From assembly GCA_045597865.1 (NCBI GenBank), contig JAZLKX010000025.1, forward strand, positions 64,001-128,000: a stretch of 64,000 nucleotides of DNA, written 5' to 3'. The notes under the pieces were generated by a model that saw only the letters and a list, made by a program, of their open reading frames with translations, did not search any database and was not told the DNA's origin. This DNA comes from Bacilli bacterium. GTDB taxonomy: Bacteria; Bacillota_I; Bacilli_A; RFN20; CAG-826. Shown in pieces: positions 39,675 through 49,465 of the stretch; positions within the stretch are counted from its first letter, which is position 1; every line of letters starts with the position of its first letter. Made by a program: the position numbers and the translations under genes.

Positions 39675-40106
39675 TTATTGTAATTTCCAATAATAACCGC
39701 CAGCTCTTTTTTGATTTCCTTTAAGAACTTCTCGGATGGATTTTGCACAAGTTTTTGTTTCTTTTGCTGCCTCTAAAATTGAGGCATATTTTTTAATGAT
39801 ATTTCCGTTTTCATCTAATTTGAGAACACCAACTTTACAATTTTTGTTTTTGTTTATTTTTTTATACTTTGAAATAGGTTTTTTGCTGAAGTTTTCTTTT
39901 TTAACCCATCTCATTTGATAACCGTGTAGTGATGATCCTATTCCATTTGCACATTTCACAACCGAACGGTAAAAACAATTGAGGCTATTTGCACACTCAA
40001 GGGCAGTTTCATAAAACGAAACATAATTACCATCTAAATCGTATAGAACGAGCAGACAATCTTTGTGTAAATGAGCGTTCGACATATTAATTATTTTAAT
40101 GTCCAA
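39675..40106 (-). CDS. Stand-alone protein with two NUMOD1/IENR1-type DNA-binding repeats
   Basis: YDLDGNYVSFYET..GYQMRW and LDENGNIIKKYASILEAAK..AGGYYWK; no nuclease domain; start uncertain. Confidence 0.7.
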   Translation of the reverse strand: MDIKIINMSNAHLHKDCLLVLYDLDGNYVSFYETALECANSLNCFYRSVVKCANGIGSSLHGYQMRWVKKENFSKKPISKYKKINKNKNCKVGVLKLDENGNIIKKYASILEAAKETKTCAKSIREVLKGNQKRAGGYYWKLQ

Positions 40107-40271
40107 GTCCTTGTATGCGTCGTGCTCACAAACCCTTCAATAAGTGGGTTAATTTTCTACTTGACACAGGTTCAAAACACCCAAAACAATAGGGACAAAC
40201 CCAAAAACATCAATAATTTTTCATATTTCTACTACTAGTAGTAGTTGGCACTCACGCGTATAGAGTGCTTG

Positions 40272-40298
40272 CTTCTTCTTCTTCTTCTTCTTCTTCTT
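40272..40298 (+). repeat. (CTT)9 microsatellite in putative promoter spacer
   Basis: Nine perfect CTT units between TTGCTT (40269) and TATAAT (40298). Confidence 0.95.
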
Positions 40299-40612
40299 AT
40301 AATAGTAAACAGAGGAGTTTGAGGAGAGTTTGATTTTAATCAATGGAGACACATTCATAATCGTGTCTTCAGTGATAACAAAAAGCGAAATCGAACGAAA
40401 ACTCAAAAAGTAGGAAGAAATTGAAATTTGGGAAAAGAATATCAATGCATAATACTCTTAAATCCAAACAAAATTTTCTTCTCAAAGTGATGCATCAAAT
40501 TGCATTCACGATTGTCGGTCTTGGTTATTAACTTATATCCCCGGAGTTTTAGCCAAATTAATAATCGAAATTCCCAAATAAAAGGATTATGGGAGGAAAG
40601 GAGAAGTTTTGT

Positions 40613-43600
40613 ATGAAACGCAAAAACTTTCTCAAAAAATTAGCAGCAGTTACCTTAGGTTTTGTTATGACCTTAGGAGTGGGTGCTGCAGGGTATGCTG
40701 CGAGCGCTAGCGAAACAAGAGCTGCTTCTGACACCTTTTCAATGTCATCAAATTATAGCAGTACCTCTTCTACAAATAGTAAATTGGTATGGGCAGATGA
40801 CTATGTGACCATTACTCAAGAAAAGGGAACTGGTTCATCTTTTAGCACTTCTTATACAACTGCACCACGTTGGTATAGTGGAAACACAATTACCTTTATT
40901 CCTGCAAGCGGTGTCACCATTACCCAAATGGTATTTACAACATCTCAAGGAAATGCTGCAGCTGGTACTTGGAGTTCTGGTAGTGGAAGTGCTAACACAT
41001 GGACTGGTTCTTGTTCACAAACTTTTACAGAATCTCATCCTTCCACTCAGTCGCGTCCGACAAGTATAGCTATTACATATACTGCAGGAAGCACAAAAAC
41101 AGTGACTTCAATTGCAATTAGCGGAGATATGTCTAAAAAAACATATACTACCGATGATTCTTTTGATTCAGCTGGCTTAACGGCAACAGCTACTTATAGT
41201 GATGCATCAACCGGAGATGTTACAAGTTCTGCTGAATTTGCTTTCATTCCTGCTTCTCCAACTGTTGGATTAACTAGTGTAGGCGTTACGGCTTCCTATG
41301 GTGGTAAAACATCGCCTTCATTCACTGTTAGCGGTCTTACCGTTACTGCTCCAACAACACAAAAAGTAACTATTAAAATTGCTGATATTGCTTCTCAAAA
41401 AAGTTGGACAAATCAGACTAAATATACAAGTTTTACTACTGGTGTTTTAACATTTACTGCTAGCGGTGGAACAAATACCGGAAAATATTATTCCGCAAGT
41501 CCTGGAACTTGGCGATTCTATAGCAGTGATAGTCCAAAAGGATCTTTATCAATTTCTATTCAATCAGGTTATAAAATTAAGAGTGTTACATCTAATCCGA
41601 CCGCAACTTTTAGTGTTGCACAGGATGGAAAAACAGCTTCTTTCACAGCCAGTAGCAATATAAACTTTAGCGAATTTGTTGTTGAATATGAACAAGATGG
41701 ACCAAGTCACGATGTTACAATAACTGGAACAACAACCACTGTTTATATCGGAAAAACTATAACTTTTACCGCAGGTTGTACAGCTTCTGACACGATTAGT
41801 TGGACTTCAAGCAATACTGGAATTGCAACTGTGGCAAATGGTGTTGTAACCGGTGTTTCTGCTGGTAAAACAACTATTACAGCAAGTTGTGCTGGTGGCG
41901 GATCAGACTCAGTTGAAGTAGAAGTTAAGGCAGATGTAAAAACATTGGTTTCAATAACTGCTTCGGGTGCTACGAATACATTTACTTTAGGTGATTCATT
42001 TGTAACTACAGGATTAGTTGTTACAGGTGAGTATTCACATACAGATGGTAGTGGCAATACATTTGAAACAATTTCAAGTGGCATTTCAACAACTCCTTCT
42101 GCAGGAAGTAAATTAAATACTCAAGGTTCACAAAATGTAACTGTAAACGCCGGCGGTAAATCTACTACTTATAGCATTACAGTTAATTATGCTGCCGTTA
42201 CCGGAATTGCTCCAGCAGTTGAAGAACAAGATATGGGACCAGGCGATGAATTTGTTTTCACAGCTTCAGTTTCTCCTGAAAACGCTAATCCAAAATATAC
42301 AGTTTCAGCCTCAAGTGATGATTTAGTTGAGGGTGAAGATTACATATTTGATGATGGTGATGTTTTGATTCTTGATGATACAAAAGAAGGTACACTTACT
42401 TTAACATTTACTTCAACAGGAAAAGATTCTGGAGGCAATAGTAAGACTTGTACAACAACAATTAATGTTAGTGCACAACACATACCACAAGTTGTTGAAT
42501 TTACAGCTTCAGGTACTCCAACAAAAGCAAAACAATATAGAAATGCTACTTTCTCATTAGATTTAAGCGGTATTACTATTACTGGTACATTTGACGATGA
42601 AAGCACTCAAACATTCAATTCTGATCAATTTAGTTGGAACACTACAGGCGAACATCCTGTTGGAACTTACTTATTGAATGATGAACTTGACGTTACTGTT
42701 TATTCTATTACATTAGAGGATGATGGTTTAGGAAGTATCGCATTCGTTGATGGTTGTGATATGACCAACAAAGAATATTGGGTTGGAGATAATTGGAATT
42801 TTGCTGGTTTAGCTATCGAAGGAAAATATAAATCAGGCCCAGATTTCACATTAGATACATCAAAAGTTTCATTTACAACTTCATCCACAACTAGTGCAGC
42901 AAGTGATAGCATGTCAATTGTTGTTACTGCACATTACCAAGGTTTTAGCGGAACTGAACCAACTAAAATAATTACAGGTATTAAAGTTAAGGCAGTCACG
43001 ATGACTTCTTTAACTGTTTCATATACAGGCGGTCAACCAGTTTTAGGCACAGATTTCGTATTTGCTGGCACAATCACTGCTAATTATTCAAATGGTGATA
43101 CTCAACCAATAACCGATTTCAGTACCGTGACTATTGGTGATGTTAATAAGTTTATATTAGATGAACAAACAATCACTGTTACACACAAAACAACAGGTGC
43201 ATCAGGCACATTTAAAGTGCAATACAAGACAAAAACAATTAGATATCAAACTGTATGGACAAAAGTTTCGTCTATAGCTGCAGGTGATGTCGTTACATTT
43301 GTTTATGAAGGTACAGATACGGCTTCTTATGCTACAGGCTGGGCAAAAAGCGATAACACTTTATCGAGTAACTTCTTAAATGTAAACATGAATGGTTCTG
43401 TAACAACTGAAGGTGGTGTTACTACCTTAAATTTAGCAACTGATTCGGAAACTTCACAAGTCATCAATCCATATGAATTAACAGTTGTTGATACAAGTTC
43501 AACATTATCAGAAACAGTTGCATTTAAGGATGGAGATTATTATGTACAAGCTTCATCAGCTAAGTCTTCGTCGAATTATTTAGGTTCTACATCTGGAGCA

Positions 43601-46495
43601 CCATCTGCAACAAATCAAAAATGCTGGAACGTTACATTCTCAGGAAGTGTTCCAACTATTAAGACTGAAACAAGTACAGACGGTACTTGGCGTTATATTA
43701 AATACAATAAGGGCTCAGGACAAGAGAGATTCTCCGGTTATGTTTCTGGACAAGAAGCCATTGCAATCTATAAAAAGACTCAAACTCCAATTGATGAACC
43801 TTCAATTATTAAATTTAGTGCATCAATTGTGAAAGATTCCCAAGGTGTTGAAAAAACATTTAATGAAGGAGACCCGATTACAGTTAATGATTTTACATGT
43901 TCAACACTCAATGACTTAAATGAAACTTCGCCTGTAACTGCAACTGATGTTAATCCAACAACATTAAATTCTGGAGTAAACGAGGTTACTGTTTACTATG
44001 GAACATGGAGTACAAAAGTAAGTGTTAATGCTGCTGAAGTTGCTCATTTAGATTCTATTGAAGTTGTTGCAAATACGGGCAAACGCGCATTTGAACGCGG
44101 TGATACATTTACATCAGATGGTCTTGAAGTAATGGCTCATTATAGCAATACTGATAAAACAAAATTCCCAGATCATAAGGTTACTGATTTTGAAATTACA
44201 ACTACCCCTGATATGACGGTTCTTGGTAATCAAAATATTGGTGTCTCATACACAGAGAATGGTGTTACAAAAACAACAAGCTATACCATTACTATTAACC
44301 CAAAAACATCTACATGGATTACGATTTCAGGTGAAGGTATTACTGGTTCTGACGGTGAATATTATTTGACTTCAGAAGTTACAAATAATGTCGCTTTAAC
44401 ATTTGGAAAAGATGGTGAGGAAGAAACAGTTAATTCATCAACAACTTCATCGTTCTTGTCATTCGCAAATGGTGTACTTTCTATCAATTCAAGTACAACA
44501 ACTAGTGAACAAGGCGATATTACATTCTCTGCAGGTAATGCTAGTGCAAAATTAACTGTTACCGTAACAGCACAAGAATCAATCACATTAATTTCAGATG
44601 AAGAAGTTAGCGGATTTATCGGTGATGAATTTGATGTTGAAATTGCATTAGGCAATGTAGGAAGTGCTGAATGGACACTTCCATCTAGCACTGATGGATT
44701 TACAGTTACAACAACTTCCAAAGATAATACTGGTTTTGTTGGTACAATTTCGGTTTCAGAAGCTTGTGTAAATAAAGAAGCAGTATTTAGTGTTTTAACT
44801 GGAAAAGGAGAAACACTAAGTGTTTCAGTTTACATTACTGCTATTTATGATGCTATCGATTCTATTTCAGCAACATGTTCTAAATCATATGTTGCAGGAC
44901 AAGATACATTTAATCCTTCAGATTTAACTGTTACTTATGAAAGATTATCAGGTGCAACTGGAGCATTAACTCCAGATGAATTTACTGTAACAGGCGCACC
45001 TACAGGCAAGCTTGCACGTACTTCTTATAATTTAACAATTACTTCTATAGAAGGTAGCAAGACATGTAACTGTACAATTTCTGCAGACATGCCAACAGGA
45101 TTAAATGTTGTTACGTCACACACAGAAGAAATACCAGGACAAACAACAGTTACCTGGAGCAAACTTACTAACAAGACTCAAGTTGATGCAAATGAAAAAG
45201 TTTATATCTACAACAGTACCAAAGGATATGTTACTGGTTACAATGGGTCCGATGCCACAGTTTCATCTACTTCATCAGATAGAGTTGAATTCACAATTAG
45301 TGTTGTAGATGCAACCCAAGGAATATTTAAATTATGTGATCCAAATACACAAAAATATATAACATATTACACATCAAATAAGTTTGGTATTACTTCATCA
45401 GCCTCAGATAGTGCAGGAGCAATCTTTAAAATTAATGAAGATGGTCATTTCGAATGTGTTAGCAAAGATAATACAACAAGTAGATATTTGTGTGCTAACG
45501 GAAACTATCTACGCATGTATACCGCAATTGGCTCTTATACGCCATTTGACTTATATATTTCAAAAACAACTCCAGGCACACCAACTTATGTCACAACATA
45601 TACAAATCACGAAAGTATGTCTGGAACAATGTTTGACTTCATTAATAGATGGGGTGGAACAGAATTAACAGCTGCAAATTGGGGTGACATCTTTGATTCA
45701 GATGAATATAAAGCATTAACAGCTACCGATAAGGAATGGTTCAAAAATGGTGTAGCAGCTGATGATAAAGGAACAATGGAATCATGTGAAATGTTCGCCG
45801 ATTTCATTACTAAATACGATGAATTAGTTGCTATCAATGGTTTAACCAATTACTTAGTAAGAACTCCATTATCAACATACACAATCACAATTAATTATGA
45901 TAATGGTGAAGAAAACGGTACTGCAAAAGTTATCCAAGGCGAAAAATATACATTGCCAGATAAACCAACAAAGGACGGTTATGTTTTCAAAGGCTGGACA
46001 GTTGGTTCAGGATCTGATTACTTACAACCAGGCGATCAAATCGATGTTTCAGGAGATATCACAATTAAGGCAAACTGGGTTGTAGGCATTACATTCTCAA
46101 GTGAAGTTGGATTTAAGTTCACTGGTCTTGATATAACTAGATTCCAACTCATCTTCAATGGTACATGTCCAGACGATGCTGAATCATATGGCTTCTTGTA
46201 CACAAAGAAAGATATTGATTTAACCAAAGTTGATATTGATGAAGCAATTGCAGGAAATGTAAGTGGAGTTGCCACAGTAACAGGAAAGAACCAAGCAGTA
46301 CTTGGTACAAGTTATGGTTCTACAACTGTAACAGTCGTCTTCTATTACGTCGATGCTGATGGAGATGTTCAATACAGTGATCCAATCACAATGTCATTTG
46401 ATAGTTACGTAACATCAGATGAATTTGATATCAGTATTGTTGATGATGTATACGCAAAACTCTGTTTAGAGTATTACATTGCAAATCTTAAATAA
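40613..46495 (+). CDS. Giant secreted Ser/Thr-rich protein with multiple bacterial Ig-like domains and an InlB B-repeat
   Basis: SD aaggag, signal peptide MKRKNFLKK...ETRA; repeated GL.V.A.YS Ig-like (group 3) units, WTSSNTGIATV, GYVFKGW. Confidence 0.8.
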   Translation: MKRKNFLKKLAAVTLGFVMTLGVGAAGYAASASETRAASDTFSMSSNYSSTSSTNSKLVWADDYVTITQEKGTGSSFSTSYTTAPRWYSGNTITFIPASGVTITQMVFTTSQGNAAAGTWSSGSGSANTWTGSCSQTFTESHPSTQSRPTSIAITYTAGSTKTVTSIAISGDMSKKTYTTDDSFDSAGLTATATYSDASTGDVTSSAEFAFIPASPTVGLTSVGVTASYGGKTSPSFTVSGLTVTAPTTQKVTIKIADIASQKSWTNQTKYTSFTTGVLTFTASGGTNTGKYYSASPGTWRFYSSDSPKGSLSISIQSGYKIKSVTSNPTATFSVAQDGKTASFTASSNINFSEFVVEYEQDGPSHDVTITGTTTTVYIGKTITFTAGCTASDTISWTSSNTGIATVANGVVTGVSAGKTTITASCAGGGSDSVEVEVKADVKTLVSITASGATNTFTLGDSFVTTGLVVTGEYSHTDGSGNTFETISSGISTTPSAGSKLNTQGSQNVTVNAGGKSTTYSITVNYAAVTGIAPAVEEQDMGPGDEFVFTASVSPENANPKYTVSASSDDLVEGEDYIFDDGDVLILDDTKEGTLTLTFTSTGKDSGGNSKTCTTTINVSAQHIPQVVEFTASGTPTKAKQYRNATFSLDLSGITITGTFDDESTQTFNSDQFSWNTTGEHPVGTYLLNDELDVTVYSITLEDDGLGSIAFVDGCDMTNKEYWVGDNWNFAGLAIEGKYKSGPDFTLDTSKVSFTTSSTTSAASDSMSIVVTAHYQGFSGTEPTKIITGIKVKAVTMTSLTVSYTGGQPVLGTDFVFAGTITANYSNGDTQPITDFSTVTIGDVNKFILDEQTITVTHKTTGASGTFKVQYKTKTIRYQTVWTKVSSIAAGDVVTFVYEGTDTASYATGWAKSDNTLSSNFLNVNMNGSVTTEGGVTTLNLATDSETSQVINPYELTVVDTSSTLSETVAFKDGDYYVQASSAKSSSNYLGSTSGAPSATNQKCWNVTFSGSVPTIKTETSTDGTWRYIKYNKGSGQERFSGYVSGQEAIAIYKKTQTPIDEPSIIKFSASIVKDSQGVEKTFNEGDPITVNDFTCSTLNDLNETSPVTATDVNPTTLNSGVNEVTVYYGTWSTKVSVNAAEVAHLDSIEVVANTGKRAFERGDTFTSDGLEVMAHYSNTDKTKFPDHKVTDFEITTTPDMTVLGNQNIGVSYTENGVTKTTSYTITINPKTSTWITISGEGITGSDGEYYLTSEVTNNVALTFGKDGEEETVNSSTTSSFLSFANGVLSINSSTTTSEQGDITFSAGNASAKLTVTVTAQESITLISDEEVSGFIGDEFDVEIALGNVGSAEWTLPSSTDGFTVTTTSKDNTGFVGTISVSEACVNKEAVFSVLTGKGETLSVSVYITAIYDAIDSISATCSKSYVAGQDTFNPSDLTVTYERLSGATGALTPDEFTVTGAPTGKLARTSYNLTITSIEGSKTCNCTISADMPTGLNVVTSHTEEIPGQTTVTWSKLTNKTQVDANEKVYIYNSTKGYVTGYNGSDATVSSTSSDRVEFTISVVDATQGIFKLCDPNTQKYITYYTSNKFGITSSASDSAGAIFKINEDGHFECVSKDNTTSRYLCANGNYLRMYTAIGSYTPFDLYISKTTPGTPTYVTTYTNHESMSGTMFDFINRWGGTELTAANWGDIFDSDEYKALTATDKEWFKNGVAADDKGTMESCEMFADFITKYDELVAINGLTNYLVRTPLSTYTITINYDNGEENGTAKVIQGEKYTLPDKPTKDGYVFKGWTVGSGSDYLQPGDQIDVSGDITIKANWVVGITFSSEVGFKFTGLDITRFQLIFNGTCPDDAESYGFLYTKKDIDLTKVDIDEAIAGNVSGVATVTGKNQAVLGTSYGSTTVTVVFYYVDADGDVQYSDPITMSFDSYVTSDEFDISIVDDVYAKLCLEYYIANLK

Positions 46496-46516
46496 TGAAA
46501 TTAAAGGAGAAAAATT

Positions 46517-46639
46517 ATGGAAAAAGTAAAATATACATTGCCAGAAATTGAAGTTGTTGATTTAACCGATGATTTCATTATTACTACATCTGGTTGGAAC
46601 GATTATCCTGAAGATGGCGATCTTGATGATTTAGATTAA
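46517..46639 (+). CDS. 40-aa peptide with YxxPxIE...IITTS motif (not in ORF track)
   Basis: SD aaggag; MEKVKYTLPEIEVVDLTDDFIITTSGWNDYPEDGDLDDLD*. Confidence 0.75.
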   Translation: MEKVKYTLPEIEVVDLTDDFIITTSGWNDYPEDGDLDDLD

Positions 46640-46674
46640 AAGAAGCAATCATCTAATAAATATTGGGATATATT

Positions 46675-47280
46675 ATGAAAAAAGAAAACACTAATTACAA
46701 AAACAATTTGTCTCTTATAAAAAACGATGTTAAATATATTCAGACAAATTATAAAAAATACAATGGAATAGATGCTGCTGCAGAAATAATGAAAGCATCA
46801 TATAACTTTGCAGAAAAAGAAATGGAAGAAGAGATTTGTAGAGGAAGGGAAATTGGGAGTACAGTTAACTTTTTGTTCATTATAATTGGTTTTTTCCTTG
46901 CAGCGTATATTTCATTATTTATATTTGCACGCGGAAGCGAATTATCAACTTTATTGAAAGTTATTTTTGGCATCGCTGGTGTGTTGACCATTCTTGTTTT
47001 AGTTTTGCTAATTATTAGTGTCATGTATTTCAAGAAACATTGCATGCCTTCGCCTATGAACACTGCTATTAAATTATTAAGTAACTATAAAGATAATGAA
47101 GTTGATTTCATTAAGGATAAAGATGCTTTATTCGAAGCTGATTATGTATTGGAAAATGAAATAAAATTCAATCAAATGGTTAAAGAAAACTCTATTAAAT
47201 TAATTTTGACAAAAATAGCAGCAATTGGTGTTGGCGTTTTGTTTACATTATTAATTGTTATTTTATTTTTATTATTTTAA
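46675..47280 (+). CDS. 3-TM membrane protein A
   Basis: Two adjacent hydrophobic helices, loop, C-terminal helix; paralog of 47721..48326. Confidence 0.7.
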   Translation: MKKENTNYKNNLSLIKNDVKYIQTNYKKYNGIDAAAEIMKASYNFAEKEMEEEICRGREIGSTVNFLFIIIGFFLAAYISLFIFARGSELSTLLKVIFGIAGVLTILVLVLLIISVMYFKKHCMPSPMNTAIKLLSNYKDNEVDFIKDKDALFEADYVLENEIKFNQMVKENSIKLILTKIAAIGVGVLFTLLIVILFLLF

Positions 47281-47299
47281 ATAAAGGAGAAATGATAGT

Positions 47300-47482
47300 A
47301 TGCCTCAAAAATTACTTGAAAGAACAAAAACTCCTCAAAAAGATTGGGATCCAATCGGTGGAGGTAATAGAAGTCATAAAATTAATGAAGAATGGGGTCC
47401 TCTAAGTCCAGACGATTCTTCAAATGAAAGAATAAATGAAGAATGGGGTCCTCTGAATGGCGATAAAGGCGATGATCGTTAG
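47300..47482 (+). CDS. 60-aa peptide with duplicated INEEWGPL motif
   Basis: SD aaggag; aatgaagaatggggtcctct occurs twice in frame. Confidence 0.7.
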   Translation: MPQKLLERTKTPQKDWDPIGGGNRSHKINEEWGPLSPDDSSNERINEEWGPLNGDKGDDR

Positions 47483-47606
47483 AAATTTAATAAATTATTT
47501 ACTTGTTATTTAAAAAAACTCATATACTTATTAGTATATGGACGTAATTGTTATAGTATGGTCACTCTTTTAAAATAATAATGAATGATTTTCGAAGGAA
47601 AAAAGT

Positions 47607-47708
47607 ATGAATATTCTTTATTTTATTAATTTAATTAATGATGATAAAAAGCCATCAACAAACAATCCTGGTGGAAACGGTACGGAAACGCGCGGACCTA
47701 TAAGATAG
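47607..47708 (+). CDS. 33-aa peptide with GGNGTE motif (not in ORF track)
   Basis: gaagga upstream; MNILYFINLINDDKKPSTNNPGGNGTETRGPIR*. Confidence 0.55.
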   Translation: MNILYFINLINDDKKPSTNNPGGNGTETRGPIR

Positions 47709-47720
47709 AGGAAGCGGGAA

Positions 47721-48326
47721 ATGAAGGACTTTATTGATAAAAAACGTAAAGAAATTGAAAAATTAAATCCAAAAAATCATGATAAAATTTTTGCCGATGG
47801 ATTAAAAACAAGTTTAGATTTAGCTATTAATAGTTACGAGGAAGAATTAAGAAGATCTGAAAAAATCCAAAATTCAATTACTGGTTTGTTAACATTTGTA
47901 TCTTTTCTTTTTGGTGGCTTTGTAATATTTATTGTAAATTTTAAATTTCAATATTTTAAATGGGATTCTTTCCTTGTTATTCCAGAAGCTATTTTGATAA
48001 CTGTTATTATGATATTGCTAATCATTGCAACAAGATATCATTCATATGAGTGTTTCGTTAATCCTGAAAAACAAGTTATTGGCACTTTCGATAAATTAAT
48101 TCATGACTATGGTGTTATAGATAATAAGTTTATACCCGGTTTAAAAGAAACTATTTTATTGTGCGATTATGTAAGAGTTTTTGATTCTGTTCAATTAGTT
48201 AATGATAAAAAGAAAAAAATGCTAAATTTTTCAGCTATCTTATTAAGTATTTTTATTTTCTTATTTTTAATTAGTTTAATATTAACAATTGTTGGAGGGT
48301 ATGCAAATGCCATTAAACAAAACTAA
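47721..48326 (+). CDS. 3-TM membrane protein B
   Basis: Same topology and shared motifs (EEE.xR, LLII, DYV, N..K) with 46675..47280. Confidence 0.7.
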   Translation: MKDFIDKKRKEIEKLNPKNHDKIFADGLKTSLDLAINSYEEELRRSEKIQNSITGLLTFVSFLFGGFVIFIVNFKFQYFKWDSFLVIPEAILITVIMILLIIATRYHSYECFVNPEKQVIGTFDKLIHDYGVIDNKFIPGLKETILLCDYVRVFDSVQLVNDKKKKMLNFSAILLSIFIFLFLISLILTIVGGYANAIKQN

Positions 48327-48444
48327 TAGATTTAACAAAAGAGCAAAGTTTAAAAAACGCTTGATTCGTAAAATGAGGCGAATATGCCTATCTAAAAAAA
48401 GTAACGGTGGTAATGGAACTGAAAAAAGAATCGGGATTGAGTAA
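48301..48444 (+). CDS. 47-aa basic peptide with GGNGTE motif (not in ORF track)
   Basis: SD ggaggg; MQMPLNKTNRFNKRAKFKKRLIRKMRRICLSKKSNGGNGTEKRIGIE*; start may be 48307. Confidence 0.55.
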   Translation: MQMPLNKTNRFNKRAKFKKRLIRKMRRICLSKKSNGGNGTEKRIGIE

Positions 48445-48455
48445 AAAGAATTAAT

Positions 48456-48947
48456 ATGCCTTGTAATAAAAATTTGGTAATAAAAACTCTTGAAAAAGAA
48501 TTAACTAAAGTAGATTTAATGCAAGGAGAGTTTCTTAATCCTGGCACAAGAGAGATTTCCCTGAGTTTTAGAGTCGGATCTGTTTACGGGATTTTTGTTC
48601 AACTTAATGATGAAGAAATAGAACAATTTAAAAAAGATCTAATAAAATATGGTGGTTTCTATAAAAATCGTTTACTAAATTGGAAACCAATCAAAGATAA
48701 TTTTTATCCTTTATATTGGGGTTCAGATCAGTATATAGGTAGTCGTTTATTAGCGCATAGTAAAAGCCCAGTATCTACTGGAACGCTTCATTTGAATAAT
48801 AGAAAAGAACTTATTGATAAAAAAATAATATATGGAGCAATTCTTTGCGATGATTATAAGGAATCTGAGAAAAGGATGCGTAAACTTTATCCTGATGTTT
48901 ATAAAACAAAATCGAGGAAAAAGAATAATAATTTAGGAGACGATTAA
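48456..48947 (+). CDS. GIY-YIG-like nuclease (divergent)
   Basis: SVYGIF ... LYWG..IGSRLLAH ... ESE..YP pattern. Confidence 0.5.
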   Translation: MPCNKNLVIKTLEKELTKVDLMQGEFLNPGTREISLSFRVGSVYGIFVQLNDEEIEQFKKDLIKYGGFYKNRLLNWKPIKDNFYPLYWGSDQYIGSRLLAHSKSPVSTGTLHLNNRKELIDKKIIYGAILCDDYKESEKRMRKLYPDVYKTKSRKKNNNLGDD

Positions 48948-48949
48948 GA

Positions 48950-49336
48950 ATGTCAAAACCACACGAAAATCAAATTTATATTGTTTCATTGAGCGAAGAA
49001 CTTAATTCTATTGAAAAATTAAAAAATAACAAATATTCTATGCCTGTTGGTCATAGATATTTATCATATCCTCCTGAGTATATGGGTTTTAGATATGATC
49101 GCAAATTACAAAGAATCAGTCATGTTGATAAAGTTGGTTATTTTTATGATTCAAGAGGTTTTTTGAATTTTGAATTTGAATTAGGACCAAATCTTCTAGA
49201 TCCTAGTGTTTGTATTAAACCTGGCAAAGGTATACAAGATGCTCGTAAATGGGTTGATTTTGATTTGCTTTTTGAACCAGGCACCACAATTGTTAAAGCT
49301 GCGCATAAAACTAAATTAAGACATTCTAACAACTAA
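48950..49336 (+). CDS. Hypothetical protein
   Basis: 128 aa ORF, aggaga upstream, 2 nt after previous stop. Confidence 0.6.
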   Translation: MSKPHENQIYIVSLSEELNSIEKLKNNKYSMPVGHRYLSYPPEYMGFRYDRKLQRISHVDKVGYFYDSRGFLNFEFELGPNLLDPSVCIKPGKGIQDARKWVDFDLLFEPGTTIVKAAHKTKLRHSNN

Positions 49337-49465
49337 TTTTTTGTTAAATCATTTAATTTTTTTCTATATATCTTATTAATATAATTAAAAAAATAATTAA
49401 AATTTATTTTCATTATTTTGAAGATAAAAATAAACCTTTTTGGTAAACTATTTAGCAGTTTTAAT

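Noticed and set aside
40221-40445. 74-aa minus-strand ORF with poly-Lys
   Set aside because: Artefact of reading the (CTT)9 tract antisense; no SD.
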